Under the pieces are notes generated by a model. It made no database searches. It had not been told where the DNA came from and saw only the letters and a list, made by a program, of their open reading frames with translations. Positions 19,554-30,485 of a stretch of 64,000 bases of DNA are shown piece by piece. Origin of the DNA: Naegleria gruberi (taxonomy: Eukaryota); the NCBI GenBank assembly GCA_000004985.1, contig GG738855.1, one strand, 5' to 3'. The position numbers and the translations under genes were made by a program. The number at the start of each line of letters is the position of its first letter. Within the stretch, counting starts at the first letter, position 1.

Positions 19554-22319
19554 ATGAAGAAACAAGTTTTCACAACCAATTGTTTCGCACTAATACTCAC
19601 AATATTGTGCTTAACAACTGCATCTCTTGTTAAAGGAGATGATATTAATTGGTCAACTCTAACATCCGATCAACTCTATCGATTGGATTCTCAAGTATTT
19701 AAAACCATTACTGCAGAACAACTTTCTCAAATTCCCAGCAATGCATGCTCTGGATTCAAAGCAGATCAAATTGCGAATTTAAACCCAACTGCTTGTTCAG
19801 GATTCAAGTCAAATCAATTGAATTCATTGCTAGTTAATTATCCTACAAGAATTTCAAGTGCATTTACTGCCAATTGTTTTGTTAACATTTTACCACAAAG
19901 TTTAAGTTCTGTTTCAAGTGATTTCGTAGCAAATATTAATGGATTAGTATTCAATTCAATGACTTTTGATCAAGTTCAAGCATTACCTGGAAAATCCTTT
20001 GCAAAAATTACTTCATCATTGTTACAAGCACTTAATTCTCAACCAGTTTGTTCTGCATTGACAGCCAATCAATTATCCAACTTGGATAGTAGTTATCCAA
20101 TGAATTCATGTAGTGGTTTTGTTGGTTCCTGTATTTCTTACATGAATTCAACTGCATTTAGTGGAATTGGTTTGGATTGTTTAAAGAAATTATCTGATTC
20201 TGCATTGAATTCACTTTCAGCTGATCAATTCTCTCAAATTCCATCTTCATCATTTGGAGGTTTCTCTCAAGATAATCTTCAAAAAGTATCACCTGCTGCT
20301 TGTGCTGGTTTTACATCCCTTCAAATGTCAAATCTTGTTAACTCATATCCTAGTTATGCTTGTTCTGGATTTGTGGGTGATTGTATTTCAAATATTCCAT
20401 TTTCTGCATTTACTGGTATGAAACCTGAATGTGTTAAAAGACTTGTAAAATCTGCTATGAAATCCTTTTCAAGTGATCAAGTAGCTCAAATTCCACCAAC
20501 ATCATTTTCAGGATTTTCATCAGATAATTTACAATATCTATCAACAAGTGGATGTGCTGGAATTACTGCAAATCAAATGTTTAATTTAGATAATTCATAT
20601 CCTTCCTATGCTTGTAGTGGATTTTCATCAGATTGTTTGGGTGCAATTCCTGCCAATGCCTTTACACAAATTCCATCAGCATGTGTTTCTAAATTGAGTG
20701 ATACTTCTTTCAGTAGTTTAACTCAAGATCAAATGTATCAATTCGATCCAAATTCATTTTCAGGTTTCACTTCATCTAATATTGCTGGATTATCAGATTC
20801 ATCATGTAAGGGAATTAGAGGATCACAAATTTCAAAACTTGTCAATGATTATCCAAATTATGCTTGTCAAGGTATTACTCCATCCTGCATTTCAAATATT
20901 CCAAAAGATACATTCAAGTCAATTACTGCTTCATGTATTGCAAAGTTGCTTTTCAAAACCACTCAAAAAATTTCAGCAGATCAATTGAGTAACATTGATC
21001 CAAAATCAATTTCTGGATTCACAAGTGATAATATGAATGGATTAACAGATTCATGTGCTGGTTTTTCAGCAACTCAATTACCAAATTTAGATACTACCTA
21101 TCCAAAATATGCTTGTAAGGGAATTAATTCACAATGTGTATCTGCAATTCCATCAAATTCTTATTCTGGATTTTTGGGAGCATGTATTTCACAAATTAGT
21201 GCAAATGCCATTTCAGTTATTACAAAAGATCAACTCTCACAAATATCCCAAAATGGAATTGCTGGATTAACATCAGATCAATTAGAAACATTTTTATCTG
21301 ACACTTGTTCTGGATTTTCCAGTCAACAAATTTCCAGATTATCAACTAGTTATCCTCAATATACATGCAGAGGATTCACATTCAAATGTCTCAATGGTTT
21401 GAAATTGAATGCAATTCCAAGTTTCACTTCAACTTGTTTCGCTCAAATTCCAGCCAATTCAGTTCAAGGATTTTCACCAAATGCAATTCCAATTTTCTCA
21501 CCAGAATCATTGAGTGGTTTAACAACTGATCAATTGAGAGAATTTTACAAGTTCTTTGGTTTGAATCAATTTGTTAATGTTCTCTCTCAAAAACAAGTTG
21601 CACAAGTTTCATCTTCTACTATCTGGTCATTTAAGGATGAATTGGAAAGAAACTTACTTTTTAGGAATAGAGAGGCAAGAAGTGATGAATTGGATACTTT
21701 AACTTGGTTGCAATTGAGTGTTTCAAGTGATGAATCTGTTAGAAAGGCATTATCAACATCACTTTCAACTGTACTGCCAAAAACCTTCAGTGGTTTATTG
21801 AACTATTCTCAAATATTCGAAAATGATTTTTATACGAAACTAACTGTTTCTCAATTAGATTATTTACTTTATGATACAATTTCAAGTATTACATTAGAAC
21901 AAATTGAAATTATTCCTGATGTAGTATTTGAATCTCCTCACTCATTCTTCAGATTTTTTAAATATATTAATAATAATGCTATTAAGGGAGTTACAAAACC
22001 TCAATTTACCAAATTAGTAGCCAATACTGCCAATGGACTAGATAAGTTAATGACTTGCCAACAATTTAATTCCCTAACTCAGGAACAATATAATTTCCTT
22101 AGTACATTTGATTCCTATTCAAGAATTTACAATACTTGTTACAAACCAAATCCACAATCATCGATAATTAATCCTCCGACACCAATTATTTCCACAAATC
22201 CACCAGTGCCACCAAAACCATACACTTCTAATAAGAGAAATAATTCAGCAAATGGAAATTCCTTTTCAGTGATCAAGTTTATTCTATCCATGTTATTATT
22301 GTTCCTTATTCAATATTAA
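19554..22319 (+). CDS. Secreted, probably GPI-anchored, cysteine-containing repeat protein, 921 aa, with about 7 tandem units of about 100 aa carrying the motif ACSGF; novel repeat family; intronless
   Basis: Signal peptide MKKQVFTTNCFALILTILCLTTASLVKG. Recurring units ...ACSGF(K/T)..Q...L...YP.YAC.GF...CIS.IP..AF..I...C...L....S.LS.DQ.SQIP..SF.GFS.DN.... Pro-rich spacer NPPTPIISTNPPVPPKPY and a hydrophobic C-terminus FSVIKFILSMLLLFLIQY typical of a GPI signal. Confidence 0.75.
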   Translation: MKKQVFTTNCFALILTILCLTTASLVKGDDINWSTLTSDQLYRLDSQVFKTITAEQLSQIPSNACSGFKADQIANLNPTACSGFKSNQLNSLLVNYPTRISSAFTANCFVNILPQSLSSVSSDFVANINGLVFNSMTFDQVQALPGKSFAKITSSLLQALNSQPVCSALTANQLSNLDSSYPMNSCSGFVGSCISYMNSTAFSGIGLDCLKKLSDSALNSLSADQFSQIPSSSFGGFSQDNLQKVSPAACAGFTSLQMSNLVNSYPSYACSGFVGDCISNIPFSAFTGMKPECVKRLVKSAMKSFSSDQVAQIPPTSFSGFSSDNLQYLSTSGCAGITANQMFNLDNSYPSYACSGFSSDCLGAIPANAFTQIPSACVSKLSDTSFSSLTQDQMYQFDPNSFSGFTSSNIAGLSDSSCKGIRGSQISKLVNDYPNYACQGITPSCISNIPKDTFKSITASCIAKLLFKTTQKISADQLSNIDPKSISGFTSDNMNGLTDSCAGFSATQLPNLDTTYPKYACKGINSQCVSAIPSNSYSGFLGACISQISANAISVITKDQLSQISQNGIAGLTSDQLETFLSDTCSGFSSQQISRLSTSYPQYTCRGFTFKCLNGLKLNAIPSFTSTCFAQIPANSVQGFSPNAIPIFSPESLSGLTTDQLREFYKFFGLNQFVNVLSQKQVAQVSSSTIWSFKDELERNLLFRNREARSDELDTLTWLQLSVSSDESVRKALSTSLSTVLPKTFSGLLNYSQIFENDFYTKLTVSQLDYLLYDTISSITLEQIEIIPDVVFESPHSFFRFFKYINNNAIKGVTKPQFTKLVANTANGLDKLMTCQQFNSLTQEQYNFLSTFDSYSRIYNTCYKPNPQSSIINPPTPIISTNPPVPPKPYTSNKRNNSANGNSFSVIKFILSMLLLFLIQY

Positions 22320-22400
22320 TCAGATTTCCTTAATTTTGAAAATAAAATTATAATTGTAAACTTTTGATTATTGTAAAACATTTGAAAAATTTAAAAAAAA

Positions 22401-23499
22401 ATGCAAACAATTCAAAGTTCGCCTGTAAATCATCACTCACAGGAGGAAAATTGTGAATTCAATAAAAATCATGATGAAAATTTAACAGATTGTGAATTAT
22501 TAAACAATAATTTATTAGATTGTATATTAAATACTTTTTCAAATTATAAAGCTCAAGTTATTGAACATTTATATTTTCGGAATTTGTCATTGAAAAGATC
22601 GGCCGTTACTTTAAATTTAACAATTATTCATGGAAAATTACATATTCTATTTACTAAAAGACCAATTAGAGAGGGTGATAAATGGTCTGGTCAAGTATGC
22701 TTTCCAGGAGGTAAATTTGAAAAGAATGAAGATAAAACACTTTTGGATACGGCAATTAGAGAAACATTTGAGGAGATTGGAGTTGATTTGAGGGATGGGA
22801 ATAATTTTTTACTTGTTGGAAGAGTGGATGATCATTTGGCTCAGGGAAATATGCCAGGTAGGTGCAGCAAATTAGGAATTTAAATATGATTTAAAATATT
22901 GTCAAGTGAGCTGTTTTGTATATTTTTGGAAAGATTTGAAAAGTGTAAAATATAATTTGAATGCTTCTGAAGTGGAAGGAATGCGTTGGTTTCCACTAGA
23001 GAATTTTCTGGCTACCAAGTCGAGGGAACAAAGAATTAGAACTAAACAAAGAGATAGATTTGGAAATGAATCGAATACAAGTGTGTTGACCTTTAGTATT
23101 GGAATAGTTTATCCTAGATTGAAACAATACTTGGAAATGATATCAATTAGGGATGTTAAAACATATTTCCCTTGTGTAAAGATAAGTTCAAGCTCAATTC
23201 ATGATCAATCATTGGAAAGACCAGAATTGGAATTTATTCTTTGGGGCTTAACATTGAGAATATTATCTACCTTCTTGAGGATTATTGATCATACTCTTCC
23301 ACTCATGGATTATGATTACGAATTCGAGATGCAATTATTGGAATGGTTCAGAAGAAAATATAATGAACTTGATCTTTCCTATTTGAGGAAATTTTACAAA
23401 GAATTCAATGAAATGGAAAACTCTGAATTACCCATTGAAAAGAGGATTAATTCACCACATCCAAAATCATTACTTTTAGAAAGATTATCCAAATTATAA
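22401..23499 (+). CDS. Nudix hydrolase, CoA-pyrophosphatase (NUDT7/PCD1)-like. Two exons: 22401..22857 and 22907..23499; intron 22858..22906
   Basis: Nudix box GGKFEKNEDKTLLDTAIRETFEEIGV. Donor CCAG|GTAGGT in phase 1; the acceptor CAAG|TG restores the frame (...GNMP-V-SCFVYFWKD...). Confidence 0.8.
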
Positions 23500-23506
23500 T
23501 AAATAA

Positions 23507-23989
23507 TTATTGATTCATCCATCTATTAGTTCCATCCATTCTTCTCAATTCTTCCAATTGTCTATCCTCTTGTGTAATATAATCAGGAAAACTTGGTAAA
23601 CCTGTAATTGGATTAACATAATGTCCATAATATTCCATTTGTTGTTGTTGAGCAATTGTCCTATTTTCATTCTCAGATAAAGCAAATGAATAAGGACGAT
23701 TTGGTGTTTTATGAGTTATCATTCCGTGATGATTCTCTTTCATGAATTCACCAAAAACTGGAGAATAGACTTTATCATTTTGTTTTTTAAATGATTTATC
23801 ACTTCCATCCGAATAAATTACTTTTTCAAAAAAAAATTTTACAAAAACACTCATCATGGTTATTGTTAACAATTTGGGAACAATGCTTTGAAGAATATTC
23901 CAAATATATTTTAATATTTTAATAAATGTATTATTGTTGTTACTAGGATCATTATTCAATTCCGCTGATGAATGTTCTTTTTCTTTCAT
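23507..23989 (-). CDS. Hypothetical small protein, 160 aa, with one hydrophobic segment
   Basis: ORF with ATG start, MKEKEHSSAELNNDPSNNNN...LLTITMMSVFVKFFF... No recognisable domain. Confidence 0.5.
   Translation of the reverse strand: MKEKEHSSAELNNDPSNNNNTFIKILKYIWNILQSIVPKLLTITMMSVFVKFFFEKVIYSDGSDKSFKKQNDKVYSPVFGEFMKENHHGMITHKTPNRPYSFALSENENRTIAQQQQMEYYGHYVNPITGLPSFPDYITQEDRQLEELRRMDGTNRWMNQ
23771..23819. repeat. About 49-nt segment of the 23507..23989 coding sequence that is re-copied, circularly permuted, in the gene's 5' flank at 24081..24125
   Basis: Copy A is TTTATCATTTTGTTTTTTAAATGATTTATCACTT CCATCCGAATAAATT. Copy B is CCAGAATAAATT TTATCATTTTGTTTTTTGAATGATTTTTCACTT. The tail of the unit is joined to its head, which is the junction signature of a tandem duplication. 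The 34-nt core has 2 mismatches. Confidence 0.6.
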
Positions 23990-24212
23990 TTTTTTTGTAA
24001 ATATTATTTAAACTAAAATTAAATTACAAAATATTGAAAATTGTAAGTTTATTAATGTCTTTTACAATTTCATAGAATCACCAGAATAAATTTTATCATT
24101 TTGTTTTTTGAATGATTTTTCACTTTAAATAATAATTAAAATTACAAATTAATAATAAACTATTAAATATTGTACGCTCAAATATATATATATTAATAAT
24201 AATTGTCAGGAA

Positions 24213-24599
24213 TTATCTAGGACCACTATTACATGAACAACTTGGACATCCCTCATCATTCAATGCAAATCCAAATCTACAGTATTTTCTACAAACGGGT
24301 CCACATTTCTTCTTCTCTTGTTTTCCAAAGTGAATAACATTATAAATTGATTTAATTCCTTTCCATATCGATGATGGTGATGATAGATTTTCCTTAAATG
24401 TCGGAGCAGAGGAAATACATTGACACGATTTGGTCATTGAATTAAAAGTTGCAATTTGATCGGAAGGGCATTTAGTTGAATAACATGGATTTCGTTGTTG
24501 GCCCAATAATTCAATGGCACTCACTCCGAATATGTGCAATAAAAACATAATTCCAATCAAAACAATGATGGAATATTTGATGGTGGAACGTAACGACAT
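24213..24599 (-). CDS. Small secreted cysteine-rich protein, antistasin/TIL-like spacing, about 128 aa
   Basis: Internal ATG (MSLRSTIKYSIIVLIGIMFLLHIFGVSA) gives a signal peptide. C-terminal CGPVCRKYCRFGFALNDEGCPSCSCNSGP fits Cx3Cx3Cx..GCx2CxC of antistasin-like inhibitor domains. The longer track ORF 24213..24848 overlaps the transporter gene's 3' end and starts at a non-ATG codon. Confidence 0.5.
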   Translation of the reverse strand: MSLRSTIKYSIIVLIGIMFLLHIFGVSAIELLGQQRNPCYSTKCPSDQIATFNSMTKSCQCISSAPTFKENLSSPSSIWKGIKSIYNVIHFGKQEKKKCGPVCRKYCRFGFALNDEGCPSCSCNSGPR

Positions 24600-24684
24600 T
24601 TTTTTAAATTTAGAATTGATGATGTAATAATATTGTAAAGTTTCCAATATTATTATTGTGTTGATGAGATATTTCAAAAAGTAT

Positions 24685-26463
24685 TTAATGACAATTCTCA
24701 GCTGCTGATGATTCTCTAGAGTTTGCATTGTTTGTTGTTTGTTGTTGACCTTTGAGGGAGTAGAATTTCCAAAATACCAATTGCAGAGCTGCACAAACCA
24801 AATTTCCAACAACAAACAAGTAGAAGAGTGTTGATGCTCCTGATTCAACCTTATCTTGATTCACAAAGAGAGCAGCAACTGATGGAGCAAGGGAATAGGC
24901 AGGTTTAGTCAACAATGCATTAATACCAAATGTGTTTCCACTATTCTTTTCTTTACGTTTGAAAACGACATAATCCTCATCCACAACATTACTCAAAGCA
25001 ATTTCCAACAATCTACCAACACTTCCTAAAATAATCATGTTGCAAAATAGGAACAGTACTGGAAGTGCTGATCCAATAATTCTTTCTTGAACTGTAATGG
25101 CAACAGCAATGAGACAGATAATACTAATCACACATCTCAATATGAAAGTATTTCTTAATAATGAATAAGCAGGGAATCTAATACTAAGATAACTATTAAG
25201 CACAGCACATGATTCACTTGTAAAAGTTGTAACAGTCAAGTAAATAGAGGCCATATTACCACTGGTAAATAATGAAAAGTTATCTTCCATCCATGGTTGT
25301 ACATAATTTCTAATATATCTTACTTTGAATGAGTCAAATAATGCAACAGAGAAAATATTCAAAAAGTTCACAGCCACAAACAAATCAAAATTCTTGAGAG
25401 AAATTAATTGTTTGAAAATTGAGAAAAAGTCCAATAAATAATTTTTGATAATATACAACAAATGCCTGAATGTAAATCTGGTTTCTGGAGCTTCAGGGAC
25501 TTCCTCATCGCTTACTTCACTTGCAACAACTGGAGTATTAGTAAGACTCTGGGCTCTCCCTCTATTAATTAAATAATTACCAAAGTAAATGATACAGAAT
25601 GATAGAACAGCCAAGCATGTGCAATAAATTCTAAAATAGTTCAAGTTTCCAGTGTACTTTGAATTTCCTTGATCCTGACTTGGTCTTTCAAATAAAATAA
25701 ATGTTGGCAAGAGAAAGAGGGAACCCAAAACACTGCAAGTACTGACAGCTGTGCTTATTTTACCCTTTTCTTTGTCACTTTCAGTCAATTCAGGTAACAA
25801 TGCACAATGATTCAATACTAGCCAAGTAAATGATGTATCCCAAAAGAAGAGCGCACAAATAAATTGCACAAATGCAATGAAATCTCCAAGACCTGTTCTT
25901 TGATCTCCTTCAAATAAACCTCTTATTTGAATCCAAGGTAAGAGGAATGAAATGACAAGAAAAGGAGCTCCAAATAACATTAATCGTTGCCTAGAATATC
26001 TCTTCTTTTTATCATTAATCAATTCATCACTTATATAGCCAAATAATGGATCATTGACTGCATTAAATATAGCAAATAAGAATTGACCAATATAAAAGTA
26101 ATTATACGGTAAATTATGAATAAATAGAAATGTTTCAACATAATACGAATTAAATATATGATTCAACATTTGTGTTCCCAAAATTGTTAGAGCATATCCT
26201 CCTATTGTAGCTGTTTGTATCGATGATGATTTCGGAGATATTGACAATTCTACATCATGATGATCCAAAAAGGCTTTTTCCTCATAACTATTCTTTGTAT
26301 CGTCTGTAATTATACTTTCATTATCAATGGCAATTTCTTCTCCACTTTTTGATGCTATTATTGTTGTTGTATTCTTATTAGAATCATCCAAATCATTGAA
26401 ATTTTCTCCTCCTTCATCACTGTTGCCAAAGCCTTTCGGGCTTGTGCTGGAGAACTTTTTCAT
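24685..26463 (-). CDS. GPH-family / MFSD2-like major facilitator transporter, 592 aa
   Basis: Multiple TM helices and the GPH signature NAVNDPLFGYISD. About 12 hydrophobic segments, hydrophilic N-terminus. Confidence 0.8.
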   Translation of the reverse strand: MKKFSSTSPKGFGNSDEGGENFNDLDDSNKNTTTIIASKSGEEIAIDNESIITDDTKNSYEEKAFLDHHDVELSISPKSSSIQTATIGGYALTILGTQMLNHIFNSYYVETFLFIHNLPYNYFYIGQFLFAIFNAVNDPLFGYISDELINDKKKRYSRQRLMLFGAPFLVISFLLPWIQIRGLFEGDQRTGLGDFIAFVQFICALFFWDTSFTWLVLNHCALLPELTESDKEKGKISTAVSTCSVLGSLFLLPTFILFERPSQDQGNSKYTGNLNYFRIYCTCLAVLSFCIIYFGNYLINRGRAQSLTNTPVVASEVSDEEVPEAPETRFTFRHLLYIIKNYLLDFFSIFKQLISLKNFDLFVAVNFLNIFSVALFDSFKVRYIRNYVQPWMEDNFSLFTSGNMASIYLTVTTFTSESCAVLNSYLSIRFPAYSLLRNTFILRCVISIICLIAVAITVQERIIGSALPVLFLFCNMIILGSVGRLLEIALSNVVDEDYVVFKRKEKNSGNTFGINALLTKPAYSLAPSVAALFVNQDKVESGASTLFYLFVVGNLVCAALQLVFWKFYSLKGQQQTTNNANSRESSAAENCH

Positions 26464-26827
26464 TTTTTTAATGATTAATATTTAATATTAATTGATGATG
26501 AGAATCGGATTCATCATTATAATTAATCGGATCTTTACAATGAATGACAAAAAGAGTAATGCTACTACAGTGGTTATAAGGCTCAATTTCTTATTGAACA
26601 GTTGTAATCACCTTTATGTTATTAGAGAGTGGTAATAATAATCACAAAGTTACTTTTGCTTGTTATTGTTTTTTTCTTTAAAAAAACGAAAGCAACTAAG
26701 GCTTGTTATTTTAGATTCCCTCACTCAAAAAAAGGCTTCTTGGAAGAAATGTTGGAACAATTAGCCAAATACAAAGAATACTCAAGTAAACATTCTTCTC
26801 TCAAGTAGGAATAAATTTAATCATATT

Positions 26828-28670
26828 TTACCTTTGCTTCTTGTGAGGTGGTTGATCACTTCTTTCATATCTTCTAGATTCTGCAGCACCAGATGATCTT
26901 TGATAGTTTGCTGGTCTTGCATTTCTAGCAGTAAGTTCATTTGTTGTTTCTCGTGGTAGTATTGATCTTGGATTGTGGCTGAGTGGATGACCATCTTCGA
27001 AAAACCATTCATGATTCAGAGCTTCTTTAGCAGTTATTCTCTTGTTTGGATTGAGGGTGAGAAGTCGTTCCAATAGATCCAAGGCCTTTTCTGAACAATT
27101 AACATCCTTAAAACGTTTTCTCAAAGTATTGGGAATTGGTTCTGTTGGCTTAACTGTTGTCCATGCATCCAATTCCACAACTTCTGGCCAATCTTCCAAG
27201 TCTGGTGTACCACAACAGTTAAATATTTGTACTAATTGATCAGTTTCATTTTCTCCCATGAATAATGCTCGTTCTCTGAGTAATAATTCTCCAAAAATAC
27301 ATCCAACAGACCACATATCAATAGATGCCCCATAACTTGTTGATCCCATGAGTACATCAGGAGCACGATACCATCTTGTAACAACCTTGTTAGTGTAATT
27401 ATTATTTGTTCTCTTTTTAAAGAGAGAAAGTCCACTAAAGAAAAATTAATAAAATTAAAACTATGGGGTAACTTACAAATCTGCAAGTTTTAAAACACCA
27501 TCTCTTCTAATTAGAATATTTGATGTTTTCAAATCTCTGTGATAAACATTACTAGAATGGCAATAGTACAAGGCATCAATCAATTGATACATGAAAAATC
27601 TTAAATGAGATTCAGAGAATTTAATTCCCATTTCGGATAATCCAGCCAAATCATGATCAACAAACTCAAAAATCATAAAGAATGACTTGTCGTCCCAAGA
27701 AATATCCAAGAGTTTGACAATATTCTCATGATTCAATTCTCTCAAAATTTTAATTTCTCGAATAGTAGTTATTGGAAAACCTGCTTGTTTTTCCTTGCTC
27801 AAGTCACTCCTCATCTTCTTTGCAGCGACAAAGCCAGGTTTATCTCCCAATCTGGCTTGATACACCTTAAAAAAAAGTTAATAAATTCCAATCCAAATAA
27901 CATACCTCTCCATATGTTCCTTCTCCTAATTTTCTAATATTAGTATAATCATTGATAGTTTTTGTTAAATGTGTAAAAGCTTCAGAGAGTGTTCCGATTT
28001 TTGGTTCTGGATCTTCTGGAGGAACTTGTGGATAGGATGGACTTTTTTCTGGATAATTTCTTGATGATCCTCTATTATTATTGTATCGATCAGATTGGTG
28101 GTAATCCTCATAATCTTTATAACTTCGTTTTCCATGATAATTGTTATTTTCTCTATTATCCCTACCACCACTATCACGTCTATTATAATTGTCTCTGTTA
28201 TCTCTCCCGTCTCTATTATCCCTTCCATCCCTATTGTCTCGTTGATAATATCTTTTATCATTATTTCTCTGATAATTATTATTATTATTACTATTATTGT
28301 TATAAGATCGTTTATAATTATCCTGATAATCATCACCATCCTCTCTATTATTACCTCTATAAGAATCGGAAAGTCTCCTATCATATCTACTATTATCATT
28401 CCTGGAGTGTTGTTCATGTCCTCTAGAATCCGTTAATCTTCTTTCGTTGTTCCTACTATTATCATATGAATCTCTCCTCCTATCATAATCTCTTGATGAA
28501 AGCCTTCTATCATGATTGTTATTATCATTATATCTTCTATCAGAATGACCACCACTACCACTACCCCCTCCATGATGAGAAGGAGATCTGTCCCCTCTAT
28601 TTTGTTGGTGACCACTACCGTGATGATGAGAAGACGATGAAGAGGAGTGATGCGAATCGTGATGACTCAT
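26828..28670 (-). CDS. Cyclin-dependent kinase of the transcriptional CDK9/CDK12(CTK1)-like group, with a long N-terminal RD/N/Y-rich low-complexity arm. Three exons: 27906..28670, 27477..27865, 26828..27435; introns 27866..27905 and 27436..27476
   Basis: ATG at 28670 (MSHHDSHHSSSS...), then NRDGRDNRDGRDNRDN-type repeats. Kinase motifs GEGTYGEV|YQARL...AAKK (exon junction), PITTIREIKILRELNHENIV, HRDLKTSNIL, KLAD|FGLS (junction, GTAAGT donor), WYRAPDVL, DMWSVGCIF. Both junctions restore canonical kinase subdomains. Confidence 0.85.
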
Positions 28671-29071
28671 TTTTTTTTGATTATTAATTTTTAAAATAAA
28701 AATAGAATTCTTCATTTCTATTTGTTGTATTACAAAGAAGCAGAAGATTTTGTGTTTTGGATTACATTGAATGTTTGCTGGGTTGTTTAAATTTAGAAAA
28801 TAGTATTTGATGTTGCTTGAATTAGAATGGATCATATCTTGTTTAAGATTGTTGTATATTTGGTTGAATATTCATTGAAAATATTAGAATTTGATTCAAT
28901 ATCCAGAAGCAATTTCTTTCAAAAATTGATCAATTGAACTTTTCAAAAATAGGAGTAGTAGTGATGTATTTCACAGACTATTTTCATTGATTATCCTCAA
29001 TTAGTAGTACATCAAAATAGTATTTTTTATTTGATATACTATTTTCTTATTTACATTGAAACAAAAGAATA

Positions 29072-29975
29072 TTAATTAAATGTTGTGGCTGGTGTACTTG
29101 GTTCCATGGTCATGTTTGAATATTTTGGTCTTTTAAAGTGTGAGAAACAAAGGAATGCAACCATAAATACTTGAATCACCAATAAGGTAATAATCAAAAT
29201 CAAATTAACCACATTAAGTGAAACCAATGGTTCAGGAGGTAAAGTTCTACAAAGGTCAAAAGTTGCCAATGCAGGGAATGAAACCTTAACCCAAGGATTA
29301 GCAGCATAATTATATTCCCATGAAATTGACTTTTCAGAAATGATTGCTTCATCAATAGTATTGGATGTGGCTGTGAATTGTCTATAGCCATGAAGATGTT
29401 TCACATTATCAGTAAATTGAATGGTTACTTTCTTTGGGAAAATGGTAATTGGGCCAGTAAAATCAATTTTAACAGAGTCAACCTAATATAAATGTTGCAA
29501 TTTTAACAATCAAATCCATAACACTTACTGTTTCTTGTGCAACAAGAGGTCCAGACATTTGATAATTCAAAGTAAAAGCATCACTTCCTGCCTTTGAAAT
29601 TGGAGTATCAAGATAGACTGCAATTTCGTAATATTGACCACTCTTTACAATGGTAGTGTTCACAATTTTCTTTGTAATTGATGTTGCAATCACTGAACGA
29701 GCAACAATATCAACATTACCCTCAACATTTGAAATAAACCTCGAAAAGTATCCAACTTCCTTATCCACTTGATTATTGGTAACAATGAATGATTCCACAA
29801 TATTTACATAACAATCATCAGTTACCTCCACAACAGAAGTCAATGAACCAATTGCATAATTTGCTTCACAATTAATTGGACTTGTAAGGATGAATGTGGC
29901 CATCATGAACAAGACTGCCATCATGATGGTTCTACCACCAACATTGAAATTCATTTTTTTCTTCAGGTTACTCAT
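29072..29975 (-). CDS. Type-I membrane protein of unknown function (signal peptide, about 230-aa luminal beta-rich domain, one TM, short basic tail). Two exons: 29529..29975 and 29072..29482; intron 29483..29528
   Basis: Signal peptide MMAVLFMMATFILTSPINC. Donor ACA|GTAAGT in phase 0; the acceptor ATTAG|GTT joins ...VAQET|VDSVKIDFTGP... in frame. C-terminal TM LVSLNVVNLILIITLLVIQVFMVAFLCF, then KRPKY. Confidence 0.6.
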
Positions 29976-30485
29976 TGTTGTTGAGAAGACATTTGGAATC
30001 AGTTGAGACTTTCAATGAATGTTGATGAAAGTGTCAAAGTTGTGGAATTTCCATGCAAGATTTTCTCTGTAATAACACCGCGATTCAATCAATATTAATG
30101 CAATTTGATAGGGTTTGGATAGGAACAGGCCTTTTTTGGAGTTGTGTTCTCAACGAAACTTCAATTTTGGTCAGTTGATAGCTAAAGGTTTCTGTCTTTA
30201 TATTTGTAAGATTTTCCAAATCGGATGAATTTCTTCTCGGATGATCCACAACAATAGCTGTTCACATTGTTGTAAAGAGGTAAATGCTTAATATTTATTG
30301 AGATATTTTATTAAAGATTTTTTGAATAGAAGAGCACAATACCTAAATCACTAAACGTGAAGTAAATCACAATAATATTACGTTTAAGGTATCTGCTTGT
30401 AAACAATAAAAAATAATACGTTAAGTGGTAGATTAAAAAATGTGTAGAAACGCTCCCTCTATGGTGGTTATGGTATTATCATGAA

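Noticed and set aside
27989-28687. Overlapping plus- and minus-strand ORFs (60-150 aa) rich in I/Y/H
   Set aside because: They are alternate frames of the CDK RD/N-rich low-complexity exon. Only the frame contiguous with the kinase domain is supported.
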